Source: an uncultured Chloroflexia bacterium (GTDB lineage Bacteria > Chloroflexota > Anaerolineae > Anaerolineales > UBA4823). Taken from it: a stretch of 64,000 nt of DNA. The DNA is taken from NCBI GenBank assembly GCA_963743215.1, contig CAVUOY010000008.1, forward strand, positions 256,275 through 320,274, in the 5' to 3' direction. Both the position numbers and the translations under genes were made by a program. Under the pieces are notes generated by a model. That model searched no databases. It saw only the letters and a program-made list of their open reading frames with translations, and was not told the origin of the DNA. Of the stretch, positions 53,774 to 63,624 are shown one piece after another (positions within the stretch are counted from its first letter, which is position 1; each line of letters begins with the position of its first letter).

Positions 53774-54935
53774 TCACATTGCTAGTGCCGGTAGTAGTTT
53801 GTATAATGCGGTTTCCAAGCGTTCAATATCTTCCTCAGAATTATAACCTTGGACAGACAGGCGTAAGAAGTGGCGATTATTCCAATCAATGCACGGGATT
53901 TCTATTTTGTAATCATCATACAGATGACTTTTCAACTCTTGTAGATTATTTACTTTTGGAATTGGAATCGTTCCCATTTGATAATAGAAATTTGATTCCA
54001 GTGGGTATAAGGGTGATAAGCCTGTGTGATCACAAATTGACTGGATGGCGTTACGAAGCAGGTTGTGGCATTTATGCTGCACTTCATCCCAATGATGCAG
54101 CTTCATAAAGTCTATGGCAGCCGGGACAGACAGTGCAGCCGCGGGGTCTTTCGTCCCACTCCATTGGAGCAAATCAACAAATCTCGATTCTTTGGGAGAA
54201 TTAATACACGATTGATAACCCCAGCTCACGATCAAGGGCTCAACCAGATTTTGGACTTCAGGTCTGGCAAAGATAAAACCTGCACCTTTTGGGCTCAGCA
54301 TCCATTTATGACAATTGCCCGTATAAAAATCAGCCTGAAGAGAGGAAAGGTCGAGGGGAAGTTGCCCGGGAGCATGCGCACCATCGATGAGTGTGATAAT
54401 GCCGGCTTCTCGGGCACGCGTGAACAGATTAGCTGAACCGGTATGGTGAGAGCAGTGGGCGAGGTGATGTGGCTGATGAATATCACTTTGTGTGAGGAGT
54501 TACTCCCTGCCAGAACTGGTCAATAATATCTAGCTCTGATGAAACAGGTAGCTGAATCGGTTGTTTTTTATAAACCGCACCAGTCTTCTGACAAATAAAA
54601 TCCCAGGTGTAATTGCATGCGCCATATTCATGATCCGTAGTCAGGATTTCATCACCTGGTGATAGTTTTACAGAGTTGGCCAGGATATTCACTCCATGGG
54701 TGGCATTGGGGATGTAGACGATGTCACTAGCGGAGGCATGGATATATTCACCCAAAACTTCCCTGGAGTGGTGTAGATGTTTATCGAGCTCAACCCAAAG
54801 GAATTGTACAGGTTGATGTTCTAACCTGCGTTGCCAGGCTTGATATTCTTCAAATACCGGGCGTGGACATGCTCCAAACGAGCCATGGTTGAGGAAAGTG
54901 ACTTGTGGGTCAAGTAAGAATAAATCTTTAAGCAT
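53774..54935 (-). pseudogene. Class V aminotransferase-fold PLP enzyme (isopenicillin-N-epimerase/cysteine-desulfurase-like), two frameshifts
   Basis: ORF 54483..54935 reads FLNHGSFGACPRPVFE...TPHTK. ORF 54295..54486 reads VIFISHITSPTALTIPVQLICSR. Own translation of the third frame gives AREAGIITLIDGAHAPGQLPLDLSSLQADFYTGNCHKWMLSPKGAGF (PLP Lys in HK), running into ORF 53774..54301. Both shifts behave as 1-nt deletions, near 54480..54488 and 54412..54425. Confidence 0.75.
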
Positions 54936-55103
54936 TATTGCCTATCAATTGTGAGTTTTATAAAGACTAATTTTATCATTAGAGAGTAGGTATGTGAGCG
55001 TGATATAATATTGATAATATCTATCCTATTACGATATATATAGATTTTTTTGTTTTCAATTATCACATCGCAGGATTTAATTCGTAGATGGAGGATGACG
55101 GCG

Positions 55104-56031
55104 ATGCGAATTATTATTGCAGGTGGTAGTGGATTGATTGGACATGCATTAACCAGTGCTTTGACTGCTGATGGTGATGAGGTAGTCATATTGAGTCGAA
55201 AACCTGAGCTGGTTAAAGGGATGCCTGCAGGGGTAAAGGTTATTCAATGGGATGGAACAACGGTACAGGATTGGGGAAAGGTTATCGATCATTCCGATGC
55301 GATCGTCAACCTTACAGGAGAAAATCTTTCTGGGGAAGGTTTTTTCCCGTCGAGATGGACCAAAGAGAGAAAGTTACGGATGGTACAAAGCCGGGTGAAG
55401 TCTGGAAAGATCCTTACAAAAGCCGTTGAAATGGCAAAGGTAAAACCATCAGTATTTATGCAGGCATCTGGAGTAGGATATTACGGTACTGAACAGGCAA
55501 AAGCTTGTACTGAAGCAGACGCTGGTGGAGATGATTTCTCAGCAAATTTATGTAGAGAGTGGGAAGCGTCATCTCAACCTGTTGAGTTAATGGGAGTACG
55601 GCGAGTGGTGGTCAGGAATGGTGTGGTCCTTTCCAAGACGAGTAAAGCATTCACCCTGCTAGTGTTACCGTATAAATTATGGGTAGGGGGTCCGCTCGGA
55701 AATGGACATCAAGTATATTCTTGGATCCACATCAAGGATGAAGTAAATGCGATTAAGATTCTTGATCGCGGATGAAAGTGCCAGTGGAGTGTTTAATCTA
55801 ACTTCTCCCAATCCGGTGACGAATATTGAATTTGAAAAGATGATCAGTAAGGTGATGCAACGGCCGTATTATTTCCCAATTCCAAGTTTTGCCATGCAGA
55901 TGGCATTTGGCGAGGTTGCCTCAATGGTTCTGAAAGGTCAAAGAGTGATCCCAGCAAAGTTATTGAAGGAAGGATATGAGTTTAGATTTCCCAATTTGCA
56001 GGAAGCATTAATTGACTTATTACGTAACTAA
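55104..56031 (+). pseudogene. TIGR01777/YfcH-like SDR epimerase-family protein with a DUF1731 C-terminus, one frameshift
   Basis: ATG 55104 is preceded by GGAGGA. The N-terminus reads MRIIIAGGSGLIGHALTSAL. ORF 55050..55775 ends ...IHIKDEVNAIK. The next frame reads FLIADESASGVFNLTSPNPVTNIEF...GYEFRFPNLQEAL. Removing one A at 55755..55756 restores EVNAIRFLIADES. Confidence 0.8.
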
Positions 56032-56231
56032 GTATGACAAATTCTACGCAAATGCTAAGGTGACCATTTTTGGAAATGTCAGGTAGGCTATTTATTAATT
56101 GATCATTTTTAATGAGTGATTAGCTACTTGAGGAGAAACCTGAGTTTCGAGGGGGAAATGAAAAGGTTTTAATTCATAAAAGGTGTATATTCAGGTAGTA
56201 TGATTTCTGATAATATTTGCGTACCAGCTAT

Positions 56232-56843
56232 ATGAAAATATTAGCAGTTAGCGATAAGGTCGTCGATTGGATCTACAGCCCAAAAATTCGGCTGAAGCTT
56301 TTGGATACTGACCTGGCTATTGGCTGCGGTGATTTACCCCCATATTATTTGGAATTCATTATCAGCTCTTTAGATATCCCTCTTTTTAATGTCAATGGTA
56401 ACCATTCGATACCTGAGAACGTGCATAGTGATCACCATTCCAGCGGTTGCGTAAATATGCACGGCAAAGTTAAACAGTATAAGGGGTATTTATTCGCAGG
56501 TATTGAAGGTAGTTTACGTTATAAAGATGGGGCTTATCAATATACGCAAACCGAGATGTGGCAAAATGTATTCAAGCTGGTGCCAGCCTTATTATTGAAT
56601 CGGATAAAATATGGCCGTTACCTGGATGTATTTATTACCCATGCACCCGCGTGGGGATTACATGATCAATCTGACCATGCCCATCGGGGAATAAAAGCAT
56701 TTCGCTGGCTGCTAACCCGATTCCAGCCTGAGTATCATTTTCACGGACATATCCATGTATACAGACCTGATATGACAACTGAGACAAAATTTGGAAAAAC
56801 AAGGGTGATTAATGCCTATGGGTACTGCCAGATTGAAATTTAA
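56232..56843 (+). CDS. Metallophosphoesterase (calcineurin-like)
   Basis: MKILAVSDKV, GCGDLPPYY, NGNH and FHGHIHVY metal-binding motifs in the canonical order. Confidence 0.75.
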   Translation: MKILAVSDKVVDWIYSPKIRLKLLDTDLAIGCGDLPPYYLEFIISSLDIPLFNVNGNHSIPENVHSDHHSSGCVNMHGKVKQYKGYLFAGIEGSLRYKDGAYQYTQTEMWQNVFKLVPALLLNRIKYGRYLDVFITHAPAWGLHDQSDHAHRGIKAFRWLLTRFQPEYHFHGHIHVYRPDMTTETKFGKTRVINAYGYCQIEI

Positions 56844-56860
56844 AGGGAAATAAGGGATAG

Positions 56861-58603
56861 CTATCTGCATACAACAATCGGGATGTTAGCTTGACGCAAT
56901 AATTGGTCAACATCGCCCCCTTGTAATACCTCCAGAATTGGATTGCGGCTATACCCCCCAATAATCAAGCAATCCGCATTTACCTCTCCAGCAAGCTTGA
57001 GGATTATCCCTGTATTATCTTTTCCACTCGCCAAAATATAATCTGCTTGTACTTGATAACCTTCCAGATATTTTTGAGCATCACCAAGAATCTGCTTGAT
57101 GTTTTCATCCTCACCTATTGAAATTACTGATAATTGTATATTCCATTTCGCTGCCATATAGGAAGCAATAAACAAGGCTTCCTGTGCTTTCAAACTGCCA
57201 TCATATGCTAATAAGGCGTGATTCAGGGGTTTGGTGATCTGAGGAGTGAATAGAATCGGACGCGGGCAGCGTTGGACTAAATTACGAATCCCAGAGCTCA
57301 GCCTGGCAAGCATGGATGATTCAGGTGGGTAGGACAGGTTCATTATTACCAGATCATTCCATCTGGCACGATCGCAGATATTGGAGGTTATTTCGCCAAC
57401 TTTTATATACAAGTCGGATTGAATTCCTGCTGATTCGCATCGATGAGCGAATTCGATTTGGAGGTCTTTGGTAAGCTGTATTTCTTGTTCGGCTTCTGTT
57501 TCCAAAATATATAAACCATGGATACTGGTATCTTCCCGGCGGGCAATAATAAAAGCTTGCTCGAGCGCATACCAGCCATCTTCAAGACCATTAATCGGGA
57601 CGAGTAGCTCGCAGAAAAGGCGATCCGAGCGCTTCGTCGATAATATTGATTGGCGCCACTCCCCTGGAGCAGGCCCAGATTCAAGAGAAGCTGGGACCAG
57701 GGTCTTTAGAATCTTTCCTCCCAGACGAGCGACAATTCGATAGGGTCGCTGACTGAATTGATCTGCCAGGTCATCTGCCGCGCTGGTTACTTCAATCTGA
57801 GCCTTCAACTCATCTTCAAGGAGCGCACGATGATCAGCAATCCAAAGGTAAAGATCTGTTTCAGTACGTTTTGGGAAATCAATCAATAATCCACGATCGC
57901 GGATGATATCCACTACAGGAAGATAAACCATGTCGTACCAATCAGCCGCTGCTTCTGTTATTGGAATTTCCCTTTGCATTTCGGTTCCCATAAAATAGCG
58001 ATGAACTGCGATATGCTCTTCGATGACTTCATATTGACCAGGAACGGTTACCGAAAGATCAGATCCCGGACGCAATTGATCGAGATTGGTTTGTTCAAGG
58101 AAATTTGTATATTCTGCTTTTAAAATAAGGTCTTCAGGTTGGATATCGGATGCAAGAGGAACGCGTGTCTGTACCTCGGTGACATAAGCCTGGATTTGCG
58201 CCGTTCCAATTTGCTTTGCGACAGACACCCGATGGTTGCCATCACTAACAAAGTAAGCTTCCCCGATTTGATAGACTTCAATGGGTGGTAAACCTTGAAA
58301 ACTTGAGTTAGCAAGCTCTACATTTGCCCATCGTTCTTCATTGATATTTTTACCGGGTAGGAAATCTCGCGAGAAATCCTGATAACGATTTACGCTTCCA
58401 ATGATGGCGTTAACTGGAATTTCTTTTAGAACTTTTTTAGGACTAACCTGGGCTTTTAATTTTTGCCGAACTTCATCAAAAGACAACAGCTCCGTGGAAC
58501 CGCCTGTGAAACGAGCCATTATCTCGCGTAAGGTTGCTTTTTGACGGGCTGACCGAAAATCCTGAACAGCCTGGGTGAAGCTTATCGATGAATGATTAGT
58601 CAT
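56861..58603 (-). CDS. ParB/Srx-like N-terminal domain protein fused to tandem universal stress protein (USP) domains
   Basis: 580 aa. The N-terminus has IEVYQIGEAYFVSDGNHRVSVAKQIG, a ParB/sulfiredoxin-type motif. The C-terminal half (about 280 aa) has two USP-like alpha/beta units (LVPINGLEDGWYALEQAF...; ALLAYDGSLKAQEALFIASYMA...LIIGGYSRNPILEVLQGG). Confidence 0.65.
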   Translation of the reverse strand: MTNHSSISFTQAVQDFRSARQKATLREIMARFTGGSTELLSFDEVRQKLKAQVSPKKVLKEIPVNAIIGSVNRYQDFSRDFLPGKNINEERWANVELANSSFQGLPPIEVYQIGEAYFVSDGNHRVSVAKQIGTAQIQAYVTEVQTRVPLASDIQPEDLILKAEYTNFLEQTNLDQLRPGSDLSVTVPGQYEVIEEHIAVHRYFMGTEMQREIPITEAAADWYDMVYLPVVDIIRDRGLLIDFPKRTETDLYLWIADHRALLEDELKAQIEVTSAADDLADQFSQRPYRIVARLGGKILKTLVPASLESGPAPGEWRQSILSTKRSDRLFCELLVPINGLEDGWYALEQAFIIARREDTSIHGLYILETEAEQEIQLTKDLQIEFAHRCESAGIQSDLYIKVGEITSNICDRARWNDLVIMNLSYPPESSMLARLSSGIRNLVQRCPRPILFTPQITKPLNHALLAYDGSLKAQEALFIASYMAAKWNIQLSVISIGEDENIKQILGDAQKYLEGYQVQADYILASGKDNTGIILKLAGEVNADCLIIGGYSRNPILEVLQGGDVDQLLRQANIPIVVCR

Positions 58604-58899
58604 TTTAATTATTAATTAGCTGATTTCGTTCGATGGTCGCACCATCTAAATTCGGCACAATTATATTCGTTTTATTAGTAGTTGAGACTTATTCATCAAA
58701 ACTGCGTAAATAGATTGTACTCAAGAATTGAATGGATGAAGCTTTCTGTACCAATGAGAGTGCAAGATTATGAGTATACAACTCCGGTTTTCCACTTAAG
58801 CATGGGAATGGATGAATTAATAATGATTTCCATATTTTCTGATTATTAAGATAGTTGTATACTTAAGGTTATAACTAAAGCCAAGAAATAGGAGGATAT

Positions 58900-59418
58900 A
58901 TGTCTAAGGAGAGAAGGTCGGACCTGGTTTTTGGGATCATTTTGTTGTTAATTGGTGCATGGTTTCTGGCTTCACAGTTCAACTTTGTACCAGGCTTGAA
59001 TGAGATCATCAACGTTCAATATCAGTGGCCATTAATTGTCATCGGTGTCGGGTTATTCTTGTTTCTCATCGGACTACTGACGCGTTCGCCAGGCATGAGT
59101 GTGCCCGCCTGCATCGTTGGAGGAATTGGTGGAATCTTATATTGGACAAATGTAACCCAACGGTGGGGTGACTGGTCCTATTTATGGACGCTGATCCCAG
59201 GCTTTGTTGGAGTGGGTTCGATCCTGGCTACGCTGATCGGGGGAGGAAACAAAAGGGGATATCGCGATGGATTGCGCCTGATCCTAATCAGCTTAATTCT
59301 ATTGGTTGTGTTTATCATGTTGTTTTCCGGGCAAGGATACTTCGTCAAATACTGGCCTATATTGGTAATTCTGGCCGGTGTTTGGGTTATCATACAGACC
59401 ATAATTCGGAAGAAATAG
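58900..59418 (+). CDS. Polytopic membrane protein (LiaF/LiaI-like TM-repeat type), paralogue 1
   Basis: 172 aa made almost entirely of TM segments. GGAGGA SD at 58891..58896. The C-terminus reads YWPILVILAGVWVIIQTIIRKK. Confidence 0.6.
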   Translation: MSKERRSDLVFGIILLLIGAWFLASQFNFVPGLNEIINVQYQWPLIVIGVGLFLFLIGLLTRSPGMSVPACIVGGIGGILYWTNVTQRWGDWSYLWTLIPGFVGVGSILATLIGGGNKRGYRDGLRLILISLILLVVFIMLFSGQGYFVKYWPILVILAGVWVIIQTIIRKK

Positions 59419-59431
59419 CCAGGAGGTTATT

Positions 59432-60072
59432 ATGATGAAATTTCTTTCTTCCCGCTTAGTTTGGGGGATTGTATTGGTAATCGGAGGTGCCTTACTACTT
59501 TTGGACACATTTGGTATCTTCAAAGGTGGGGAATTGTTTTGGACTATAGCATTAGGAATTGTTGGAATACTATTCTTAATTGTTTACATAACCAATCACG
59601 ATCATTGGTGGGCGCTCATCCCTGGAATCATTTTCCTTTCCCTAGCAACGACGATTGGATTAGATTCATTCCTGCCTGGGTTCAGTGATACGAATTTAGG
59701 AGGGACAATTATCCTCGGGGGAATAGCGCTTAGTTTTTTACTCGTATACCTGGCTGAACGTGCAAATTGGTGGGCAATCATCCCAGCAGGCGTCATGGGT
59801 ACGATCGCAATTGTAGCAGTCTTGGATTCTGGATCTTCAGGAGCGGAGAGTGGTGGGATATTTTTCCTTGGGTTGGGGATTACATTTGTACTGGTAGCAA
59901 TTCTGCCAACAACAATTGGCCAGATGCGATGGGCGTGGATACCAGCTGTAATTTTGGAGTGATGGGGATTTTGATTCTATTAGCAGCTGAAAATTTGATC
60001 AATTACATCTGGCCAGCTTTGATACTCATCGTGGGGTTGTGGCTGATTATCCGCTCAATTATTCGAAGATAG
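59432..60072 (+). pseudogene. Polytopic membrane protein, paralogue 2, one frameshift near the C-terminus
   Basis: AGGAGG SD at 59421..59426. ORF 59432..59962 ends ...WIPAVILE*. The frame of ORF 59767..60072 continues FGVMGILILLAAENLINYIWPALILIVGLWLIIRSIIRR*, which mirrors the C-terminus of paralogue 1. A T4 run at 59952..59955 would need to be T5. Confidence 0.6.
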
Positions 60073-60091
60073 TTATTTTAAGAGAGAAGGT

Positions 60092-60135
60092 AAAAAAAGC
60101 AGCATCCACATCTTATGTGGATGCTGCTTTTCTTC
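60092..60135. terminator. Bidirectional intrinsic terminator between convergent genes
   Basis: AAAAAAA-GCAGCATCCACA-tctta-TGTGGATGCTGC-TTTTCTT is a perfect 12-bp stem (60099..60110 / 60116..60127). It is flanked by an A-tract and a T-tract. It lies between the stops at 60072 (+) and 60154 (-). Confidence 0.8.
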
Positions 60136-60153
60136 CAACGAAATATTCGAAGA

Positions 60154-60660
60154 TTAACCGAAGATTACGATTAACTTCCCAGCATCATCATATCGGAAAT
60201 GAGCTGAAAATGGTGCCTCGCCTGGTTTCGTCTTCATGATTTTAGGGATTATGACCGGTAGATCGGCTACCAACGGAAGGTTTGTCAGGTTAGCTATATC
60301 AACCCACTCAAGGGTACCTTCGGTAGATGGTATCGGTTCTCCTTGCGGACATTCTCCCTTAAAAATATAAAGACCGACTCCAGGATTGGTTTGAGTGTCA
60401 ATTGTGACTATTCCACACAGCCACAGGTTCGATGATACCAAACCAGTTTCTTCGATAAGCTCACGTTTAGCAGCTGAAAGAATATCTTCCCCTTGCTCAA
60501 CATGGCCACCAATTCCATTATATAGTCCTGCCCACAAACGCTTATGAGAATCACCTTTGAGCAGCAGGATTTTTTCACCCCGGGTCAGGAAAACCAGAGT
60601 GCGGGGAACAAGCATATAGTGCTTGAGATCCACTCCTTGATCACTGGCAGGCATGATCAA
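60154..60660 (-). CDS. Nudix hydrolase
   Basis: Nudix box GGHVEQGEDILSAAKRELIEETGL. The ATG overlaps the fba stop (ATGA). Confidence 0.85.
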   Translation of the reverse strand: MIMPASDQGVDLKHYMLVPRTLVFLTRGEKILLLKGDSHKRLWAGLYNGIGGHVEQGEDILSAAKRELIEETGLVSSNLWLCGIVTIDTQTNPGVGLYIFKGECPQGEPIPSTEGTLEWVDIANLTNLPLVADLPVIIPKIMKTKPGEAPFSAHFRYDDAGKLIVIFG

Positions 60661-62079
60661 TCTGCCAGATCTGAGACTTCCTCTTCAGCTGCGACTTCTC
60701 CAAGATAAAACTTAAGATCGGGCTCAACCTTGTTGGGATGGATTTTGGAATCAACATATTGACGCGTTCCCTGCATACCAAGGTAGACAAACAACTTACG
60801 AAATTGGTCTTCCAAAGCCTGGTTGAGCTCTTTTTTCTTATCAGAAGGTAGATGCCATGTTTGCGCTTTAAATGGACCGATGGCATTCTTACGTGTCTTG
60901 TAGTAAAACTGCTCATCCGTCATGCCTGGTTTGCGTTCTGTAGCACTGGTTTTATCCAGGTAGGCATAAATCTCAGACTTCAATCCATCCGGTAAACGGT
61001 CAAAAATTATGTTTTGGAAATTAGTAGCCAGGTGAACTTCGGCAGCTTCAGATTCAACAAACTTACCAAACGCACTTTCAGGTAATGTAGAGGCACCATG
61101 TTGGACAGTTCCACCCATATTATAACGCAGAACGTGCCACTCGACTAAGCTTGAGAAGGATGCCAAAATCTAAGTTTACCTGGGCAATTGAACCATCTGG
61201 AAGCACAACACCTCCGTGCGATGTCCCCGTCTGAATGCTGATTTTGCTCAATCCGATTGCATTTGGTGCTTGCTTGGCAAGCTCAGAACTATATCCATCC
61301 ATGTAGGCACGCAATTCTTCCTCAGTAGAATTGTGGCCACCAACCTCTCCAATCTCACCTCCAATAGAGATCTGAATTTCTTTTGGCTGTTGAGATCGGA
61401 TATAAGCAGAATACATAGCAGATAAGGTGTAATTCAACTTTTGCTGTTGCGGTATGGTTGGTTGTGATATGTCTACCAGGGTAGAAGTGTCAATATCGAT
61501 ATTATAAAAACCAGCCGCAATCGCTTCCTTGGTTAGATCCTTTACTGCCTGTAATTCAGTTTCTGGAGAAGCAGCGTAGCGTTTAGCTGAAACTTGAAAG
61601 TGGTCTCCCTGGATAAAAACTGGTCCGGTATATCCTTCGGCAATTGCAGCTGCCAGGATATTGGATGAATATTCCGATGGACGCTGATCGGTATATCCCA
61701 TCTCGGAGCGCGCAATCTCAAAGATAAAGGCACCTGCATTCATTTCTTTTGCAACTCTGAATACCGCGCGGGCTGAATCGAAAGCCAGCATGCGCAAATT
61801 AATCGCAGGGACGGAAAAACTTAGGGGAATTTCTCCCCGCCCGCGTGCCAGATAAAGCTCGAGTATCGAGGCAGGGATGGCGCCAAAAGATAAGGCGGCC
61901 TGCCGGATGATATATTGGGCTGAGCCCTTTTCCAGGCTGTTACCCAATGCTGCTATTTCAGCTAATTTATGAATATTTGCTTGTAGTAGATTTCGATCCT
62001 TGATCTCGAAATGATGGTCAGTAATTACCAGACTACCATCGAGCAAATTTAGCAGGTCCTCAATTGTAGATGTTTTCAT
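60657..62079 (-). pseudogene. fba: Class II (metal-dependent) fructose/ketose-bisphosphate aldolase, long form, one frameshift
   Basis: ORF 61120..62079 reads FIFEIARSEMGYT...VFIQGDHF...IQTGTSHGGVV...LKLSRVAR. ORF 60657..61166 reads LRYNMGGTVQHGASTLPESAF...EVHLATNFQN. The shift is near 61128..61140. There is a GGAGG SD upstream of ATG 62079. Confidence 0.8.
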
Positions 62080-62202
62080 TAATAACCTCCAGATTTATAT
62101 AGACACAATCTAAAATTATATCATTTATAGCATGCCTATTCCGCTCTCCATTATCCTTGATATAATAATACTCGATCAAATTCGTGCGATGGAGGATTAG
62201 CG

Positions 62203-63624
62203 GTGGAAAAAATCCATTTTGGAACAGATGGCTGGCGGGGGAGAATCGTGGAAGACTACACGTTTGCCAATATCCGTCGATGCACACAAGGTTTTGCAAA
62301 GTATTTGCTTGAAAAAGGTGCGAAAGATGAGTGGGTAGTCGTTGGGTATGACCAGCGATTTCATTCCGAGAATTTTGCTGTAGCTGTGGCAGAAGTACTG
62401 GCTGCCAATAACCTGAGAGCGTATTTGACTGATAAAGCCACTCCCACTCCAGCGATAGCATATTCAGTGGTGAATAAGAAAGCTGTGGGTGCAGTCAATA
62501 TCACCGCATCACATAATCCACCCACTGATAATGGATTTAAGGTGCGTGATGAACATGGTGGCGCAATTGATCCAGAGGGATTGTTAAAGATTGAGTCATT
62601 TATCCCTGAATCGCCTGATCAGGCACACCGGATCCCACTTGAAGATGGTATTTCTCAAGGCCGGATACAATATTTTGATCCCGACCCCGCATATCTGGAA
62701 CAACTAAAACGGCTTATTGATTTGCAAACTATCAGGAATGCAGGATTAAAGGTGCTTGTCGAACCCATGTGGGGAAATGGGATCGGCTGGTTCCCTCGCC
62801 TTCTCAATGGTGGGAACACACAGGTGGAGGAAATCCATAATCATCGGAATCCGATATTTCCTGAAATGACCCGACCTGAACCTATCCCCCCAAATGTCGA
62901 TGTTGGGTTGCACGAAACTGTCAAGCGAAATGCTGATGTTTTGATCATCACAGATGGGGATGCAGACCGTTTAGGTGTGGGTGATGAAACCGGTGAATTC
63001 ATCGATCAACTCAGGGTGTACGGTTTATTAGGTTACTATTTTCTCGAAGTAAGAAAAGAACGTGGTCCGATTGTTAAGACCTTATCCACAACCAATATGC
63101 TGGTTAAATTAGGTAAGCTCTATGATGTGCCAGTCTACGAAACCGGGGTCGGTTTTAAATATGTTGCACCTAAAATGCTTGAAACTAATGCGATGTTGGG
63201 AGGAGAGGAATCTGGCGGGTATGCATTTCGCGGGCATGTACCGGAAAGGGACGGTATATTGGCTGGTCTTTACATCCTTGATATGATGGTGCGATTAGGT
63301 CAAAAACCTTCACAATTATTACAGACTCTATTCAATAAAGTTGGCGCACATTATTATGATCGAATTGATACCCCGTTTTCTGGGGATCGTACCACACGCG
63401 AGCGGAGTATCCTTGAAAGTAAACCTGTGTTAATCGGAGGGTTGAAAGTTGTCAATCTCGATACCACCGATGGGTTTAAATTTAACCTTGAAGATGGTGG
63501 ATGGATGTTGATCAGGTTCTCAGGTACTGAACCGATCATGAGAGTATATTGTGAAACCACGAATAAGGAGCGAGTTAAAGACATTTTGGATGACGGCTTA
63601 CGGGTGGCAGGTTTGAAGTCGTGA
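62203..63624 (+). CDS. Phosphoglucomutase/phosphomannomutase (alpha-D-phosphohexomutase family)
   Basis: GTG 62203 with GGAGGA at 62191..62196. Contains FGTDGWRG, the active-site region [16 protein letters not shown], the metal loop [11 protein letters not shown], and GEESGG. Confidence 0.85.
   Translation: MEKIHFGTDGWRGRIVEDYTFANIRRCTQGFAKYLLEKGAKDEWVVVGYDQRFHSENFAVAVAEVLAANNLRAYLTDKATPTPAIAYSVVNKKAVGAVNITASHNPPTDNGFKVRDEHGGAIDPEGLLKIESFIPESPDQAHRIPLEDGISQGRIQYFDPDPAYLEQLKRLIDLQTIRNAGLKVLVEPMWGNGIGWFPRLLNGGNTQVEEIHNHRNPIFPEMTRPEPIPPNVDVGLHETVKRNADVLIITDGDADRLGVGDETGEFIDQLRVYGLLGYYFLEVRKERGPIVKTLSTTNMLVKLGKLYDVPVYETGVGFKYVAPKMLETNAMLGGEESGGYAFRGHVPERDGILAGLYILDMMVRLGQKPSQLLQTLFNKVGAHYYDRIDTPFSGDRTTRERSILESKPVLIGGLKVVNLDTTDGFKFNLEDGGWMLIRFSGTEPIMRVYCETTNKERVKDILDDGLRVAGLKS

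Noticed and set aside
54936-55103. AT-rich 168-nt spacer with imperfect inverted repeats (GATATAATATTGATAATATC) as a possible mobile-element end or origin-like element
   Set aside because: It contains an extended -10 (TGATATAAT at 55001..55009) and sits between divergent genes. There are no terminal inverted repeats with target duplications and no DnaA-box clusters. An ordinary divergent promoter region is the simpler reading.
62060-62461. 133-aa minus-strand ORF spanning the fba/phosphohexomutase divergent spacer
   Set aside because: It overlaps the well-supported 5' end of the phosphohexomutase gene on the opposite strand and the promoter region. It has no SD and no recognisable domain.
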